A stretch of DNA of 64,000 nt, taken from positions 10,106,001-10,170,000 of the forward strand of contig CM068750.1 of the NCBI GenBank assembly GCA_035084275.1. The letters are read 5' to 3'. Both the position numbers and the translations under genes were made by a program. The notes below the pieces were generated by a model. It did no database searches and had not been told where the DNA came from. It worked only from the letters and a program-made list of their open reading frames with translations. Shown here piece after piece: positions 39,026 to 52,325 of the stretch; position 1 is the first letter of the stretch, and each line of letters begins with the position of its first letter. This DNA is from Hydrolagus colliei (lineage: Eukaryota).

Positions 39026-42000
39026 GTGTTTTTTTTCTTGCCATTGAACTGGAATTTGTTACCTTTTCCAGTAATGTGCTGTTATGCCCTTGATTGATGC
39101 TGTGGCGTTTATTTATGGGTCAGAGCATTGATTAGGGGCAAGATTCAATGTGTTTTGCAGAAAATAAAGAGCAATAATGATGGCTTCAATAAAACAAAAT
39201 TGCAGTGTTAAATGTTTTAAAATAGGCTCTTCAGAAAACATACTCATTTGGAAAAGGCCATATGTTTTCCATATATGAATTAAACAGTTTAATTATCATA
39301 CTTATGCTAGATTATTATCTTACACTGACAGCTCAATCTTTTCCTTCTTGATTACTTTATTTAAAGTGTCTAAAGTTGATGTTCACTCAGCTTTTCAATG
39401 CATTGTGCAACGTCATAGATGATATTCATTATCTGTTTGGTTAATATTACTGACAACAAATATACTGGGTTTATTCCTCGTGGCTTGTATTGTACAGATG
39501 GGAATAGTAGAATTTATAACTACATTACTCTTATATGATTCTGGGAATAGGCTACTTCAGTGGCAATTTTGCAAAATTCTAATTTATTTTTTAAAGAAAA
39601 GAGTAAATTATTCATTTTACTCTTGGTTAGTGAATAAAAGAACTAAGAAAACTATTCGATCAAAGAATTGAGTTTAAGTTTTGTCCCATTATATCATGTT
39701 AGCTGGATGATAGAAGTTTTATGTTTTAAAAGATCAACTAGTAAAGCAATGTGGTAGAGTGGGTTCATCTGCATAAAAAGAGCCAATTGATGAATTGTCT
39801 TAAGAAACAACTATAGACAATGTGCATTTGCCATATCTGAAACTTTAAACAGAGTATGACCTGTGGCTCACTGAGTGTGTTGAACAATCCCCTTTATGAA
39901 AGATTACATAGTAATTCCTTAAAATAATTCATTTTTTATTCTGTTTGTTTTGCTTGCTCTTTAAATAAGGAGATTCCATTAAAAATAGTTTCTTGAGATG
40001 AAGGTGCAATGAATCATACCTAAATAGCAGATGCAACCTCAATTATTTTGTCATGGTAATTCTCAGTTGAATAGCTGTGCATGGATGACTAACACATCGA
40101 TAGAAGGGTTGATGCTTCTGAAATGTTTTCTCAAATATAGTGTGAAGAGCCAGTGGTTGTTCATGTGTACTTTCACAGTCTTTAATAGCATGTTAAAATA
40201 GCAGGGCCTTGCAATATTTTTCACTCCTCATGCTGTGACACAATTCCACCAATTTACATAGTTAATAGGCAAAATATAAATGACTCATTTCTGTAAGGCC
40301 TCTCAAGCATGCTTTGAAAGTCTTGAATTGTGACTTCATGACTTTTAGTTACGCAGCCTTCCTTGATCAATGAGGTGAAAACTAGCAAAGACAGTGAGGG
40401 GGACAGATTTATTTTACTACTTCCAGAGGCGTGAAGAAAATTGCCAAATAGTCTCAGTACTGCAACCTAACCTGGACTTCAGGAAGCGACAATGCTTTTA
40501 GGTAAATGTGTTCCTTCCTTTTCACAGTGTTCAGATTTGGTTTGGCTGTAACTGTAAAACTGAGAAAGAGTTGAGACTTTTGAAAACAACATTTAAAAGA
40601 AAAACAAGCAGCTGGAAGTGGAAACTTCCTTACCTTTTCGAATACATCCATTTTATTCTCATTGAGGTTTATTTATGTGGACTAGGTTGACGACCCAACC
40701 TCAATTTCCATGGTACTTTGCTGAGTCTCCAGTTCCTTGGTATGTTGCCTGAGGCACTGAGCTGATCCTGACTGTTGAATACTTGTGAGCATACATTCTA
40801 TATTGTACTAAGCTCTTCTTTCTCCACTACTTTCCGAGCCTTTGACTGACTTTTGAATCACGGATGAGAAACTGATATAGCTAAATAGAAGCAGGAGTTT
40901 ATCAAAACAAAATTGAGCCATGTCTGCAGTTGACCACTGTGGTTTACTTATTCGGTACCTTTAGAATCTGGCCATTACTTTGCTGCATATTATTGCATGC
41001 TCAAGAATAAATGTTAATCCTAAATGATCAGCCCGATTTCTCTTGATGCACCCGAGAGAACTTAATTAGTGTAAAGTTTCAAAGAAAGTACACCTCTTTT
41101 GGTAAAGGCATGAAGCCATATGTTCTGGCACGCATAGTCATATTGTAATTGTTTCAGGCCTCTCAGCATACGCTTAGGTATTATCTGTTTTTTCAGTCAT
41201 ATATGCTCCACATAAGAAATCAATTATTCAGGGTGTTGAAGCTCAATTGAATGAAATCCATCTGCAGCATAAGAACTTTGTTGTTGCCTGCAGTAGCACA
41301 AAGCTCTGTCAGGTACAGATTTTACAACAACACGCATTTACCATACAATACATTCAATTAGTATAGATTAAAGCTAAAATGACCTTTGTTTAAAACAATC
41401 ATCTGTCAAGAAACCACATTTGAAATAACAAACTAGGTTTGTTTGAAAAGAATACCAATTATATGTATTTTTTAATTCTATAGATACATATGTGCAATTG
41501 AAAATTAAATTATCTATCTTCTCATTTCCCATATTGTTCTGGTTCCTTATGCAATTAACAAATAGATCAGAAATATTACTCAGGGTCAAAGTTAAGTTCC
41601 AGATGCTCCTTCTGGCCAGAAAAAATATTGCAACAATATTGATGCCTTCACCAGTGTCTTCTGGATAGTTACACACCAATACCTGCCATGCAGTGACAAA
41701 TGAAGGGGAGGAGAAATAACTCACCCATTATAAAAGATGACAGGCTTTCCTGAAGAGCAACAAACTGATTCACCCAGTTATTTTGGACATTGCCCCACTG
41801 ATGTTGTTCTCCATTTAAAACCATGTCCTAATTTTAGCCTGCATAGCTGTCAGCACTGAGGCTTGTCTCACACAAGTATAAGTGATGAAGGGTGTTTATA
41901 TGAAGCTGCATTGCCAGGTTGCAATAGTCACTCATAACTTCAGTCCGTAATTGTGGAAATACCTAAATTTAAGTTTCAACTACAAGTTTTTGTTGCTGAG

Positions 42001-43059
42001 CAGCTCTAGACTCTGCTCCTAGGATTCAAGGCATTCTTTGTATAGTATTCCATATCTGAATTACAGGATTCCTCCTGTAATCATTTTGTTGGTTTTCCTG
42101 AACTTCCAGTAAATGCTCTGCAAGATGTTCCTGCAGGAATATATGAGGTGCCATGTAATGTGGCCCTGGATAGAAGACAATGCAGTTTTACGCAGGTCTA
42201 GTATCCATTGCCTGAATCAGAAACATCTCAGTAACTCCTTAATGCTTATTTTATTTTTGGAGAGTAATATTATTATCAAGTGCATTGAATTATGTGCTAC
42301 AACATTGAACCTGAAGAGTGGGAAATTCATTCTCTCACTGTTACTAACTTTAAATCAAAACACCATATTTATATTGTTGAAGCATTGGATTTGATAATAT
42401 TGTTAGTTTTGTGAATCATCTAAGATCACTGAGAAGATAAGTTATTTAAGATAAGTCTGAGTTATAAGTTAATCAGAAATTGGAATGTTTGCTGGAAAGT
42501 ACAAACATTCTCTGAAGTATATTATCAAATGCAACTTAATAAATTTCTGCATAAAGTAGGCAGTATATTTGTATTCAGCAGCCATCTCTCGACAAATAAA
42601 TGTAAACCTTTTGTTATTCAGGTCCCAGCCTTTACTTTTGATTGTTTCAGATCATTGAGTACTTCATGAAGTCATGGCATGGTTTAGCCACTGATGCTCA
42701 CTGATCCAATGCAAAGTGTCGCTTAAATGTATTCCTCCACATGAGCTTTCTCACTTCCAGCCTTTAACCACTAAAGGTTTACGGGTATAATCTGTTACAA
42801 CTTTAGAATTTGAAAAACGTTGAGTTTAGGTATTTGGCAATAAATTAGAATGTGACTTCAGCTGCTGTTTCTGTTGCAAACTCATAATAGACATCAAGCA
42901 TCAAGACACAAGCAAATAGAAATGAAATGGCTGACCCATCAGTGGGCACATCCAGTTGCACACAAAAAAAAGTCCAGCTTTTGATCATTTAGATTAAGTG
43001 CCTTGGGATTTCCTCCTGACGTGAAAGGTGTTATACCATTGCAATTTGTTGTTGGATCT

Positions 43060-43402
43060 AGCAACTTGGTATCCTAGGACAATCGTATCCAAAAATCCAA
43101 CAAATTTTTTTTACTTATTTTAAAACATACCATATTAATAATATACTAACTAATAACAGAATATTGTATGGATACTTACCAATAAAGCATTCCAGCACAC
43201 TCAGTAAAATGATCGGTAAAAAAGCATTCCAGCATTCGTTAAGTTTAATAAGTGCGCATGTGCAAAGCGAGCATACTGTGAGTGTCCCAGATGGCTACGT
43301 ATGAGAATCCGGTTGCTGGAATTGTGAATTGTATTGGGAAACACCGGTTGGTTGAGTATGCTGTTTGGTTAGGTACCAGATAAACAAGGTTTTACCGTAG
43401 TA
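43060..43402. mobile_element. Possible non-autonomous Tc1/mariner (Tigger-like) DNA transposon remnant
   Basis: CpG-containing block ending GATAAACAAGGTTTTACCGTA, resembling Tigger-type termini (...GAGGTTTTACTG+TA), and flanked by short L2-type tails. No matching left TIR found. Confidence 0.3.
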
Positions 43403-43594
43403 CAATTTGTCTGGTTTTAAAGAGACATTCCGTTCATTTCATGAAAGGCAGTATACAAATGTAATTTTGTTGTTGTTATTTTTCCAATATCTTACGATTG
43501 CAACACAAGGATCTGTGTGCTTACCAGTCATGTGGTTTCTTTGCTTTATTGCTGAGATGAGCTTTCACACTTTCCCACAGAACAATTCTTTTAC

Positions 43595-43965
43595 TTGATT
43601 GATCCTAACCTGTCTTCCAACAGATCGACTTCAAGGTCCTCACATTCGCCTATAAATTGTGTCTCACCCAATGACCTCTATCTCTGTGATCTTCTTTCCC
43701 CTCTTCTACTTCCCTCTACTGTTCTGCTAACTCAGGCCAAAAGTATCGTTGATCAATCCTTCAATAACTATGCCCCTAACTTTGAGAACTCTCTCCTTCT
43801 ACCATTCCATCCGCCCTCTCTCTACCTATAAATTCCTCCTATTTCTTTAACCGTGCCTATAGTCTCCCACCCTCCTGCCTTGCTTTGTATCTGACCGCAT
43901 CTTTGTGAAATGGCACTCATATATAATCCTAAATGAAGTGTACTATATAAATATATGTTGTTGTT
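43595..43965 (+). mobile_element. Decayed L2 3' fragment
   Basis: IDFKVL and SFNNYAPNFENSL remnants (L2 'I.FKIL', 'AFS..AP.LWNSLP') and tail GTGTACTATATAAAT...GTTGTTGTT. Confidence 0.65.
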
Positions 43966-45262
43966 TGTGTAATCGGTGGTATTTATGTTTCTGTGGTACT
44001 AGAGACGTCATATAGTTTTATTGCCATCCAGTGATGCTAACAAACTTTTAAGATTACTTATAATTCTATATTATCTGATTGTTGGAATATATTACTTACC
44101 AAGTGGAAAATAACTATGTGAGGTGGTCTTATCAAAAAGAAGCCAGGAGTTCCATTAGAGATAAACTTTTTCTTTTTCTTTGTTTAAAAAAAGATTTAAT
44201 TGATTTGAATATACTGTAATATATTAGACCATTTAACTCTTCATACTGTATAATATTTTGATCACAATAGGTTACTTTATTTCATATGTTATAAAAGGTG
44301 ATCACCATGAAAAAATAATATTAACATTGTGTTCTAATAACTATGGGGCAGTCACCACATTGTAAATCACAGCCAACTCTTAAGGCATTTTGATCTCATT
44401 TGAAGAATTTGCACTGCTTCTAAACTTGCAATGTGTTTTTGTCAGGTTTTTTTTATCACAGAGACTCATTTTCTAAAAACTCACTACCTGTATTTAACAA
44501 TAGCTTTGATTATATTTTGCAGGAAAGGTACACAATAATCACCCAGCAAAAATGAAGCCATATATTGAGAACAATCAAACTTGAATCATTTACCCCAAGT
44601 CCTCAATTTGCTATAATTGAAGCCAAAGCCACTGTCTTTCTAATGCATCCAATTAGTGTCCATATGGTTTGACAGTAAGAAGATGTGAATATTCCACAAT
44701 CTGTTAGGGACTAAGGGACATCAATAACTCTGAATAATCATATAGGCCCTGGTCAATGGGTTAAGTGCCCCACTGACCATAGGGCACATCTTTAGGGACT
44801 GCGTTCTTATTCTAGTACCAGATATCCAATCCTCAATGGGACTCGTTTTCACAGCATAAGCCGTGTATGGGATTTATACTCTGAGGGGTTGTCCTTGGTT
44901 AGTTCAGGCGTTTGATGTGATGTGCTTGAAACTCAGCTACCATATGCTGCAAACAAAGTGAGACTATTTCAGATATTACAGATTGATTGATTTTCAAAGA
45001 CAAAGAGCTTGTTGGTCTTATTTGGTGCCTATATCACCATATAAAAATTATCAGAATCATAGAGAACATTTCAAGCAAGCTTACCTTACAGCCTTCCTTT
45101 TAACTGTGCAAAACTGTAGCCTGACGCCCATTTTCTTCAGTCAGGTCTCTTTAGATTTTTATTCAGTCAATGTTTATGTGCATTCCAATGTAATAATTTG
45201 CAGTTCTGCAGTAAGTAAGTTATAAAACCATATATTTTACATTGTTATCATTACCTTTCCAG

Positions 45263-45381
45263 AGTTCAGGAGATGTCTGGAAGAACTGATGGGTTCAAAA
45301 TTCCCACCTCTGATTTTGGTACCTGTAGCAGACCTACCTGACCTGGAAATACTGCACATCGCTTGTTGGTTAAGCATCTAA
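45263..45381 (+). CDS. DPH6: DPH6 terminal coding exon (missed by the ORF track)
   Basis: Acceptor ttacctttccag|AG completes the split codon G+AG (Glu) from the phase-1 donor at 34096. Reads EFRRCLEELMGSKFPPLILVPVADLPDLEILHIACWLSI then TAA at 45379-45381. Confidence 0.85.
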
Positions 45382-48011
45382 GAATTAAAGATGAAGAATA
45401 AGCAGCAGCCAGCTACTGTGAATCAATTTCCTCCCTTTTATTTTTTTAAAAAAGCAGTTCCCCACCTGTGTTTATCCTAGCAAATCTAACAGAATGCATC
45501 TGCAATCACTTCAAATAACATTTCTGTCAACACTTCTGTCTACCTAATAATAATGGCCTTCTTATTTGCAGCCAAAGTTCACTGTTGCATTTATTGGCAA
45601 CTGATAAAAGGAGAGAAAAAAGTGTTAGTTATTATTGGCTTTAGTGTTGGTTTTAAAGACTGCTCTGTAAAAGTTGGCAAGGAAAAAACAATCATTCTCT
45701 ATATCTTGTGGATAGAGCATAAATATAAATTCCTTTTGTATGATTTTGAACCATTTTCTATAACGTCATAGGCAGACTATGTTATTGCCATCAGCCAGAT
45801 AGCGTGCTTAGCATTTGAAGTTCTGCATAATATATGGTGAAAAATATACTTTAGTAACTCAAAGGATAAATATGGTTAAAGGACTCATAAAATGCCCTTT
45901 GTCTCCCTCTGAAATGAAAAACAAAAGCAGTTTGTAAAACACAGTTCGCTGGATGAGTAATTTTGTACTGGACTTGAAAGTGTTAAAAAAAACTGTACAA
46001 CCCTCAGAATTTTTTTTAAAATTGGTTTTGAGCAACGTGATTTTCAAATAAATCAACAATATCCCACCGGTAAGGTTGAATTATGTGTGTTCTTTTATGA
46101 GTAAAAATTACCCGTGTGATAGTCCTTTGAAGAAATGAAAGAATGGCTTCAAGCCACTGTTACCAATAACATAGTCTCCTTTTTCTCTTGTATGCATTCT
46201 TTGCTCAATGGTTTCTTTCCACATGTGTACTTTTTAATCCTATTTTCTTCTGCATACACTCCAACTAGGAGAAGAAGGCAGTTGTGACCACAGACTTCTC
46301 AATGGGTATTTCTTGATCAGCCAACAAGTGCAATTTAATTTACAGCAAATTGGATTGTGTCAATTACTTCATTCTGCCCCTGCCCAATATCATTGGCGAA
46401 TAATGCATTTCACCCTTCCCAAAAACCAATGATCTTCTCAGACTAATAAGACTCGGAGGATATCCCAATTTGCAAATGCAATTAGTAGTGCTTATGAATT
46501 GGCCACTAGGTTTCCTTCATCTCTCTCATTGGCTTTCATTTCCTGAAGCCGAGCCTGACAACTTGAACGATTGTCAATTTGTCAACCGATAAAGGCCTGT
46601 GTCATTGATTGCCAGTTAAGGCTGAAATTCAAATCTACCAACCATTCTCCCCACCACCACCACCACCCGATTTAATGCAGTGTCTTTTTGGAATGGTTTT
46701 GACATATTTGATTGTCCAGTGACATGTTTGCATCTGCTCTCAGAATATTACCGCAGAACTGTGGTCACACTTACAGATGTGTTTCCCACTATGGCGAGAC
46801 AGTGTTCTCCTCTCTGTTTTGATCATACCCGTGGGATAAATCTTTTTGCTTGTAAATAAAGTACATATCTAATGATGTAAACCCATTAGTGGTTAATAGA
46901 TGCATTATGTCAGGAAACCGGATTCATTTTTGGCAGCGTATTGTGGACCATGAGCAAGTGTGTCGGGAGTAGCTCATGTAACTGAATGTCTGCTTATACA
47001 GTTCTTACCATTCTAATATAATGTATAGAATATATGTATGGAACATATATAAAATATCATTCTGTATGTATATTTTAAACAATTGTCAATAAGGAATATA
47101 AAATATAGCAAGCAAATGCAACTTTTTGTTTGCTGTATTTTATGTAAATGTACTACTGTAAACTAGTCTTGTGAAGAGAATGGAAATGATTAAAGAAACA
47201 CCAATGATCAACTTTAAACAAATGTACCCAATTGAGTGGAAGTGCTACAGTTATATTTCATGGTTTGCTGGACAGCAAGAGCTATCAGCCAACAGGTTTG
47301 TGGAAAAAAAAGAATGAAGAAAAAGTACTGCATAGCTCTTTGCTTGAAATTTCCGCCATTCTATTATTCATTTAACATTGCTGTTGTGACTACTGTTTCA
47401 GTACACATTAACTGGCTGTATATATTAGCATATTAAAAATGTAGCCATCTGGTAACATTGAAAATTAGCAGTGTAGTCAAATGAAATTATATCTTCTACC
47501 TCCATTATAGTGCAGGTTCAGAATCAATGCCTTGCTGAGATCATTGTTAAACTGGCTTGAGAAGTCAAAGGCATTGTATCCAGCACTACAGTATTTCAAC
47601 ATGTTACAAAGGTTTGAGGAAGGCCACCTCCAATATTTTGCCTTATGCCCTTTTTTCTTGTTAGCATCTAATTACAGTATCTTTATTTTTTCCAAAATAT
47701 CTAATGGTTCTTTTTAGTTGGAGGAAATTGGAGCAACAATACAGTGATAGCACAATCATTCCTGTGCATGTTGGAAGTTCATGTATTCCCACGCTCATAC
47801 ACTGGATGCAACTGCATGTGTACAATGTATTATATAGCATGTTACTTCCAGGACTCAGATCACAATGCAGAACTATTTTGCCTCTAAATCCCAGGGTGTT
47901 GAATATAATCTTAAACACTTTCTAAACACTTTCTAAAGATATCACCATCATCTGTATTCATGTAAAGTCAAGAAATGTACTCAAATGTTCCAAAATAAAA
48001 CCACAAATAAA
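45382..48011 (+). other. DPH6: Probable DPH6 3' UTR with candidate poly(A) signals
   Basis: Follows the stop codon and has no recognisable TE. AATAAA hexamers at 46855, 47994 and 48006. The true 3' end cannot be determined from sequence alone. Confidence 0.45.
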
Positions 48012-48404
48012 TGTTATTATTTCCAGGAAAGTTCTGAATACAAGCATATTTATTGGGAACAAAAGATGCAATAATGGTTGACATGACATTGCAAAGCCAT
48101 TACAAATAATAATAAAACAACATTCAGGTTATTTAACTGGGCATTATCTATTTATTCTGCACATTTTACAGAAAGCTAAACTTGGGTCAGACCTGACACA
48201 GCACAAGGAAAGTTGGGTACTGTAAATGGAGGACAACATCTCCTGGGTTAGTCAGCTGAAATAGCCAGTCTGCTTCAAGGGCAATTATTTCAATACTGTG
48301 TCTTCTCCTGAAATACATGTGCAACCTTTGGTATGTTAAAATTTGATTTCCACTTTATTCCATTGAATTGCTTGGTCATATCGTCAGATACAAAGATAAT
48401 AAAA

Positions 48405-48555
48405 CTACAACAAAAAATAAAAGCCTGGTCAACATACCCTAATGTTGCAGGTTAGTTTGATTTATAAAAATACACATATATATATATATACATACACTGG
48501 TGATTAACAGCACTTTGATTTAAAGCATTATCAGATTGAAAGGGAACCTTCCAAT
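48405..48555 (+). repeat. Old local duplication with (TA)n core, copy 1
   Basis: AAAAGCC..TCAACA.ACCCT.ATGTTG.AGGTTA...(TA)n...TTTGATT.AAAGCATTA.CAGATTGAA.GGG shared with 49745-49902. Confidence 0.8.
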
Positions 48556-49142
48556 ACATTTATCTCTGTGAGATACATATCCGCTGATGCTTGTTTGTTT
48601 GCTTAGCGATTCCAAGCTCCAATCACAAATATGGTATATTGTGTATCAGTCTTTATTTTTCTCATTATAAACACATTACATGAAAAATATACGTTGCTTA
48701 CATAATTAAAAGTAATTCTCTTCCTCACCAATGACAAAACATACAGTATTTAAATTGAAATTCTTCAAAACAGTTTAGCTCCATACAGTAGCTAACAGTA
48801 AATTGACCTTTACTGAATTGGAATTTAGAATCTGTAAGCAAAAAAACATACCACCCTGATTCAATAGTGATGTAAATGGTATTTGAGACTAAATGGCATT
48901 TGAGTTCCCAACAGAGTCCCATGAACTTGATTCTCATTGGGGAATTGCTGGGATGGTTGCCATTCATATCTAGAGAGTTAAGAGGCAGCTCACCACATGC
49001 TTGGCGTTATTAACTCATCTAGAAATCTAAATTAAAAACAGTGAAAATATTAATCACGCATGCGCTGAATAATTGTACACAATAGGGAGCACTGAAAAAC
49101 TTGTAAGAAATATTTTTTAAATGCTTGGATTTGTGACATTTT

Positions 49143-49235
49143 TAACAACAACGTGGATTTATATTGCACCCTCCACAACGTGGATTTATATTGCACCCTC
49201 CACACCAGACGGCGTCTCAGAGCACTTCACAATAT
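49143..49235 (-). mobile_element. Short L2-type tail with an internal 27-bp tandem duplication
   Basis: CAACGTGGATTTATATTGCACCCTCCA x2, then CACCAGACGGCGTCTCAGAGCACTTCAC; antisense of the tail at 61717-61780. Confidence 0.75.
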
Positions 49236-49259
49236 CGCATCCTCACATCTCCATGATCA

Positions 49260-49510
49260 TTCTTCAAGTCTAGTGTTGCCAGGGTATCTCACCTTGTAGT
49301 GGAGGAGGAAAGGCATTGCAACAAACCTACCCAATACAGTAGCACGTTCTGTCAAAGGCGCTGTGTAACCAGTGCGCGAGGAATCCTTGGCTGACTTGTT
49401 TCCTGCTGAGAAAAATTATAGTGGCTGTGGATCAAGGATCAGTCCTTATGGACATGTATGACTCATTTCTACCTACAATGATTTTACCAGCAGAGTCAAT
49501 GGGGGAAGAC
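49260..49510 (-). mobile_element. Highly decayed ancient SINE-like repeat (possibly the same family as 28262)
   Basis: Antisense head CTTCCCCCATTGACTCTGCTGGTAAAA...TGAGTCATACA and internal AAGTCAGCCAAGGATTCCT. Confidence 0.4.
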
Positions 49511-49744
49511 CTTTACTATTAACCATTATTACTCTGTTTTTCCTTATGTGGCAACCCACTGTGGCTAGAAGCAAAGTAGTAAATAAAGCAGAACATTGTC
49601 CCATTAGCCAGTAGTCAAGTGCTCATTTTGAGCACACCAGGGGAATGTGAAAAACAACAGCTATAATTGAGGTTATTTCCTAAATGCTATGTCCAGTTTA
49701 TACATACTTTGTATATTGGAATTTTAGTTTTATTTGCAGATACT

Positions 49745-49902
49745 GCACAAAAGTAAAAGCCTCATCAACAAACCCTTATGTTGTAGGTTATTTTTATATA
49801 TACAGTATGCTGTATATACAGTATATATATATATATATGTATATTACCGGTTATTAACATTTTGATTGAAAGCATTAGCAGATTGAACGGGGCACATTCT
49901 AA
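49745..49902 (+). repeat. Old local duplication with (TA)n core, copy 2
   Basis: Colinear with 48405-48555. Confidence 0.8.
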
Positions 49903-50344
49903 AAGAAAACACAAAATTCACTGATCTTTAGGAGGATGTGGTATGCAAAATAAACTGATTATTCATGTGGTCCTGATGTTCCTCTTTAGTTTTGTATGTT
50001 TTCAGAATCATTGGATCTTGAACACGAATGTAACTTTCAGTTGACCGTGGCAATTAATATGTTGATCTTAGTACAATCGCCAAACCCCAGCATTTACCAG
50101 TATTTAATAAGCTAAGTTGCCATTTTATATGCTTAACTACAATATCTAAAATAAATCTGAGGGTGGTTGACCCAGGATGCTGGACTCATTTCCACAAGCA
50201 CAGTGGTACTCTGATTAAGTGGGTACTGCTGCCCCCAAGTGTTAGGAGTTGATAGCAACAGCCATTTTCCCAGTCAGTTTAGGGCATTTTATTGTGGTTT
50301 ATCGCCTAAAATATAATCCCTCCCCACCCACCCCCCAAAAAAAA

Positions 50345-50508
50345 TCGGTCGTTTCAATCCACAACTGTTTGTGGGATGCTCTGTGCACAATTTGGGTTTC
50401 GCCCATGTATATAGTCAATTCACTTTACAGTATATTCTGTGAAGCGATTTTGAGATGTCTAGAAGATGTGAAAAGCGCTATATTAAAATGCAAGGATTAT
50501 TATTATTT
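50345..50508 (+). mobile_element. SINE 3' half
   Basis: GTTTCAATCCACAACTGTTTGTGGG...AAATGCAAGGATTATTATTATT. Confidence 0.88.
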
Positions 50509-51852
50509 TACGATTGCATCCTAACAGCACCAGTATGTGAATGTCTAATTTTAAAAACATGAAATCAATCATATCTGGTCATGTTTGAATTACATGTTTT
50601 ACTATCTCTAGTAATAAATTTGATGGTAAATAACATCGCTGAAACAATAATATTCTGCAGATTTATAATTTGATGGAAAATATCCTCATCTGATCAATTA
50701 TTCCTGCACTTCTAGATATTATACATTTATTTCAGTAAATGCATTGATAATGTCAAGAGAAAAAATGACTGGAAAAACAGTACCATGAACATAAAATATA
50801 GAATTTTAGTTTAAAAGAAATTTATGGTTTTATTCTTAGTTTAATACAATATAGTTATGCTTTATTCTATCTGTAATTATGGTAATTTTGCATTTGTAAA
50901 TATGTTTCAAGCGAGACTAGAGTTCACGACACAGGTCTTACAGATAGATATAACAGTGCACTTGAGATTCAGATATGTATTTAGTAATTCAAATAATCTG
51001 TGATTCCCAGAAGTTTAATCTCAGTTCAAAGAAAATCTAATTGCAGCTTTCCTGTTGCTAATTCATTTGACCTACGATCCTACAGTGTGCAATAACTGAC
51101 AAGTTCATATTTGCTTAAAGATCATCTGTCACCTAATGCATTTATATAACTGCTATTGACCAAGGAATAGCACCTACCCTTTGAACTTTGCCAGGTCAGA
51201 ATTGCTGTTCTCTATGGACCTCATGGAGCATCTGGGGCCTAACATTGCCATTGCAGAGTTTGAAGACGTTTCTGAAGTTCCTATGCCCTGCTGACTCCCC
51301 CACCCATCTTCCCCCTATTATTATTCTTTGGTTCTTGCTTATCTAAAGATTCAGCTATTATAAGTTTAAACAATGATTTTTGCCTAGTGTATTTCTGTAC
51401 CTCCCATGTCTTGGTACAGTACTTGCATAAAAGAGTGATGTTTAACATGTAATAGTTTAGTGATATTAATGAAATTAACAGTCAATTATAATCAAATTAG
51501 GATCAAATATTGATAAACACTATTGCAATTTAACTATTGAAAATAGTGGTCACGTTAAGTACAGATAGAATTATATCCATACTCGCAAAGTGTTGAGCTT
51601 TTTCAGAGAAAATATCAATCAGGGCTAAAGGGTTCAGCACATTAACAAATGGAGCGATTGATTGTACAGTCATATAATACAGAATATTTAACTTCCTACT
51701 GTAAAATTAATACCTCCATAAAATTTATTCATCAAAACTTTATTTTATGATTTTATGTTGTCGAGGTTCTCAATGTTTTGGTGTAGAAATGTATCATTTA
51801 AATTGAGAGTAATTCCTTCAGTGAGAAGTTTGCTGTTGAATCTATCCATGTG

Positions 51853-52175
51853 ATAATAATAATAATCCTTGCATTTGATATAGCGCTTTTCAAGTCTTCT
51901 AGACGTCTCAAAGTGCTTGACAGAATATACTGTAAAGTTAATTGACTGTTTATTTGTAGGTGAAACGTGGCAGCCAATTATGCACAGCAGTGTCCCACAA
52001 ACAGTCGTGGATTGAAATGACCAATTTATTATAGTTTTTATTTTTTAGGGATTATTATTAGGCGTGTGTATGGAGTAAGGAAACTTGCCCAAGGTTTTGC
52101 CCTGACCTGCCTCGATTCGAACACAGGTCTCACGTTTGTAAGGCGAGTGCTCTAACCACTGAGCTACAGGACTCC
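51853..52175 (-). mobile_element. Full-length tRNA-derived SINE
   Basis: Antisense A and B boxes (GTGCTCTAACCACTGAGCTACAGGACTCC; GATTCGAACAC), with complete body and tail. Confidence 0.93.
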
Positions 52176-52179
52176 ACAC

Positions 52180-52325
52180 TGTAGAGTGGAGTGACTGTGT
52201 GTTTTGTCGCCAAAATGGGGCATGGCAAGCCGGGGCAGCCAATTGCGCACGGCAGTGTCCCCACAAACAGTCGTGGATTGAGTGAGTGACCAAATTATTA
52301 TCATTTATTCACTATTTTTTGAAAG
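52180..52325 (-). mobile_element. Adjacent partial SINE
   Basis: GGCAGCCAATTGCGCACGGCAGTGTCCCCACAAACAGTCGTGGATTGAG. Confidence 0.8.

Noticed and set aside
47913-47937. 11-bp tandem duplication TAAACACTTTC x2 (and TGATTGGAA x2 near 14030)
   Set aside because: Ordinary replication slippage with no further significance evident.
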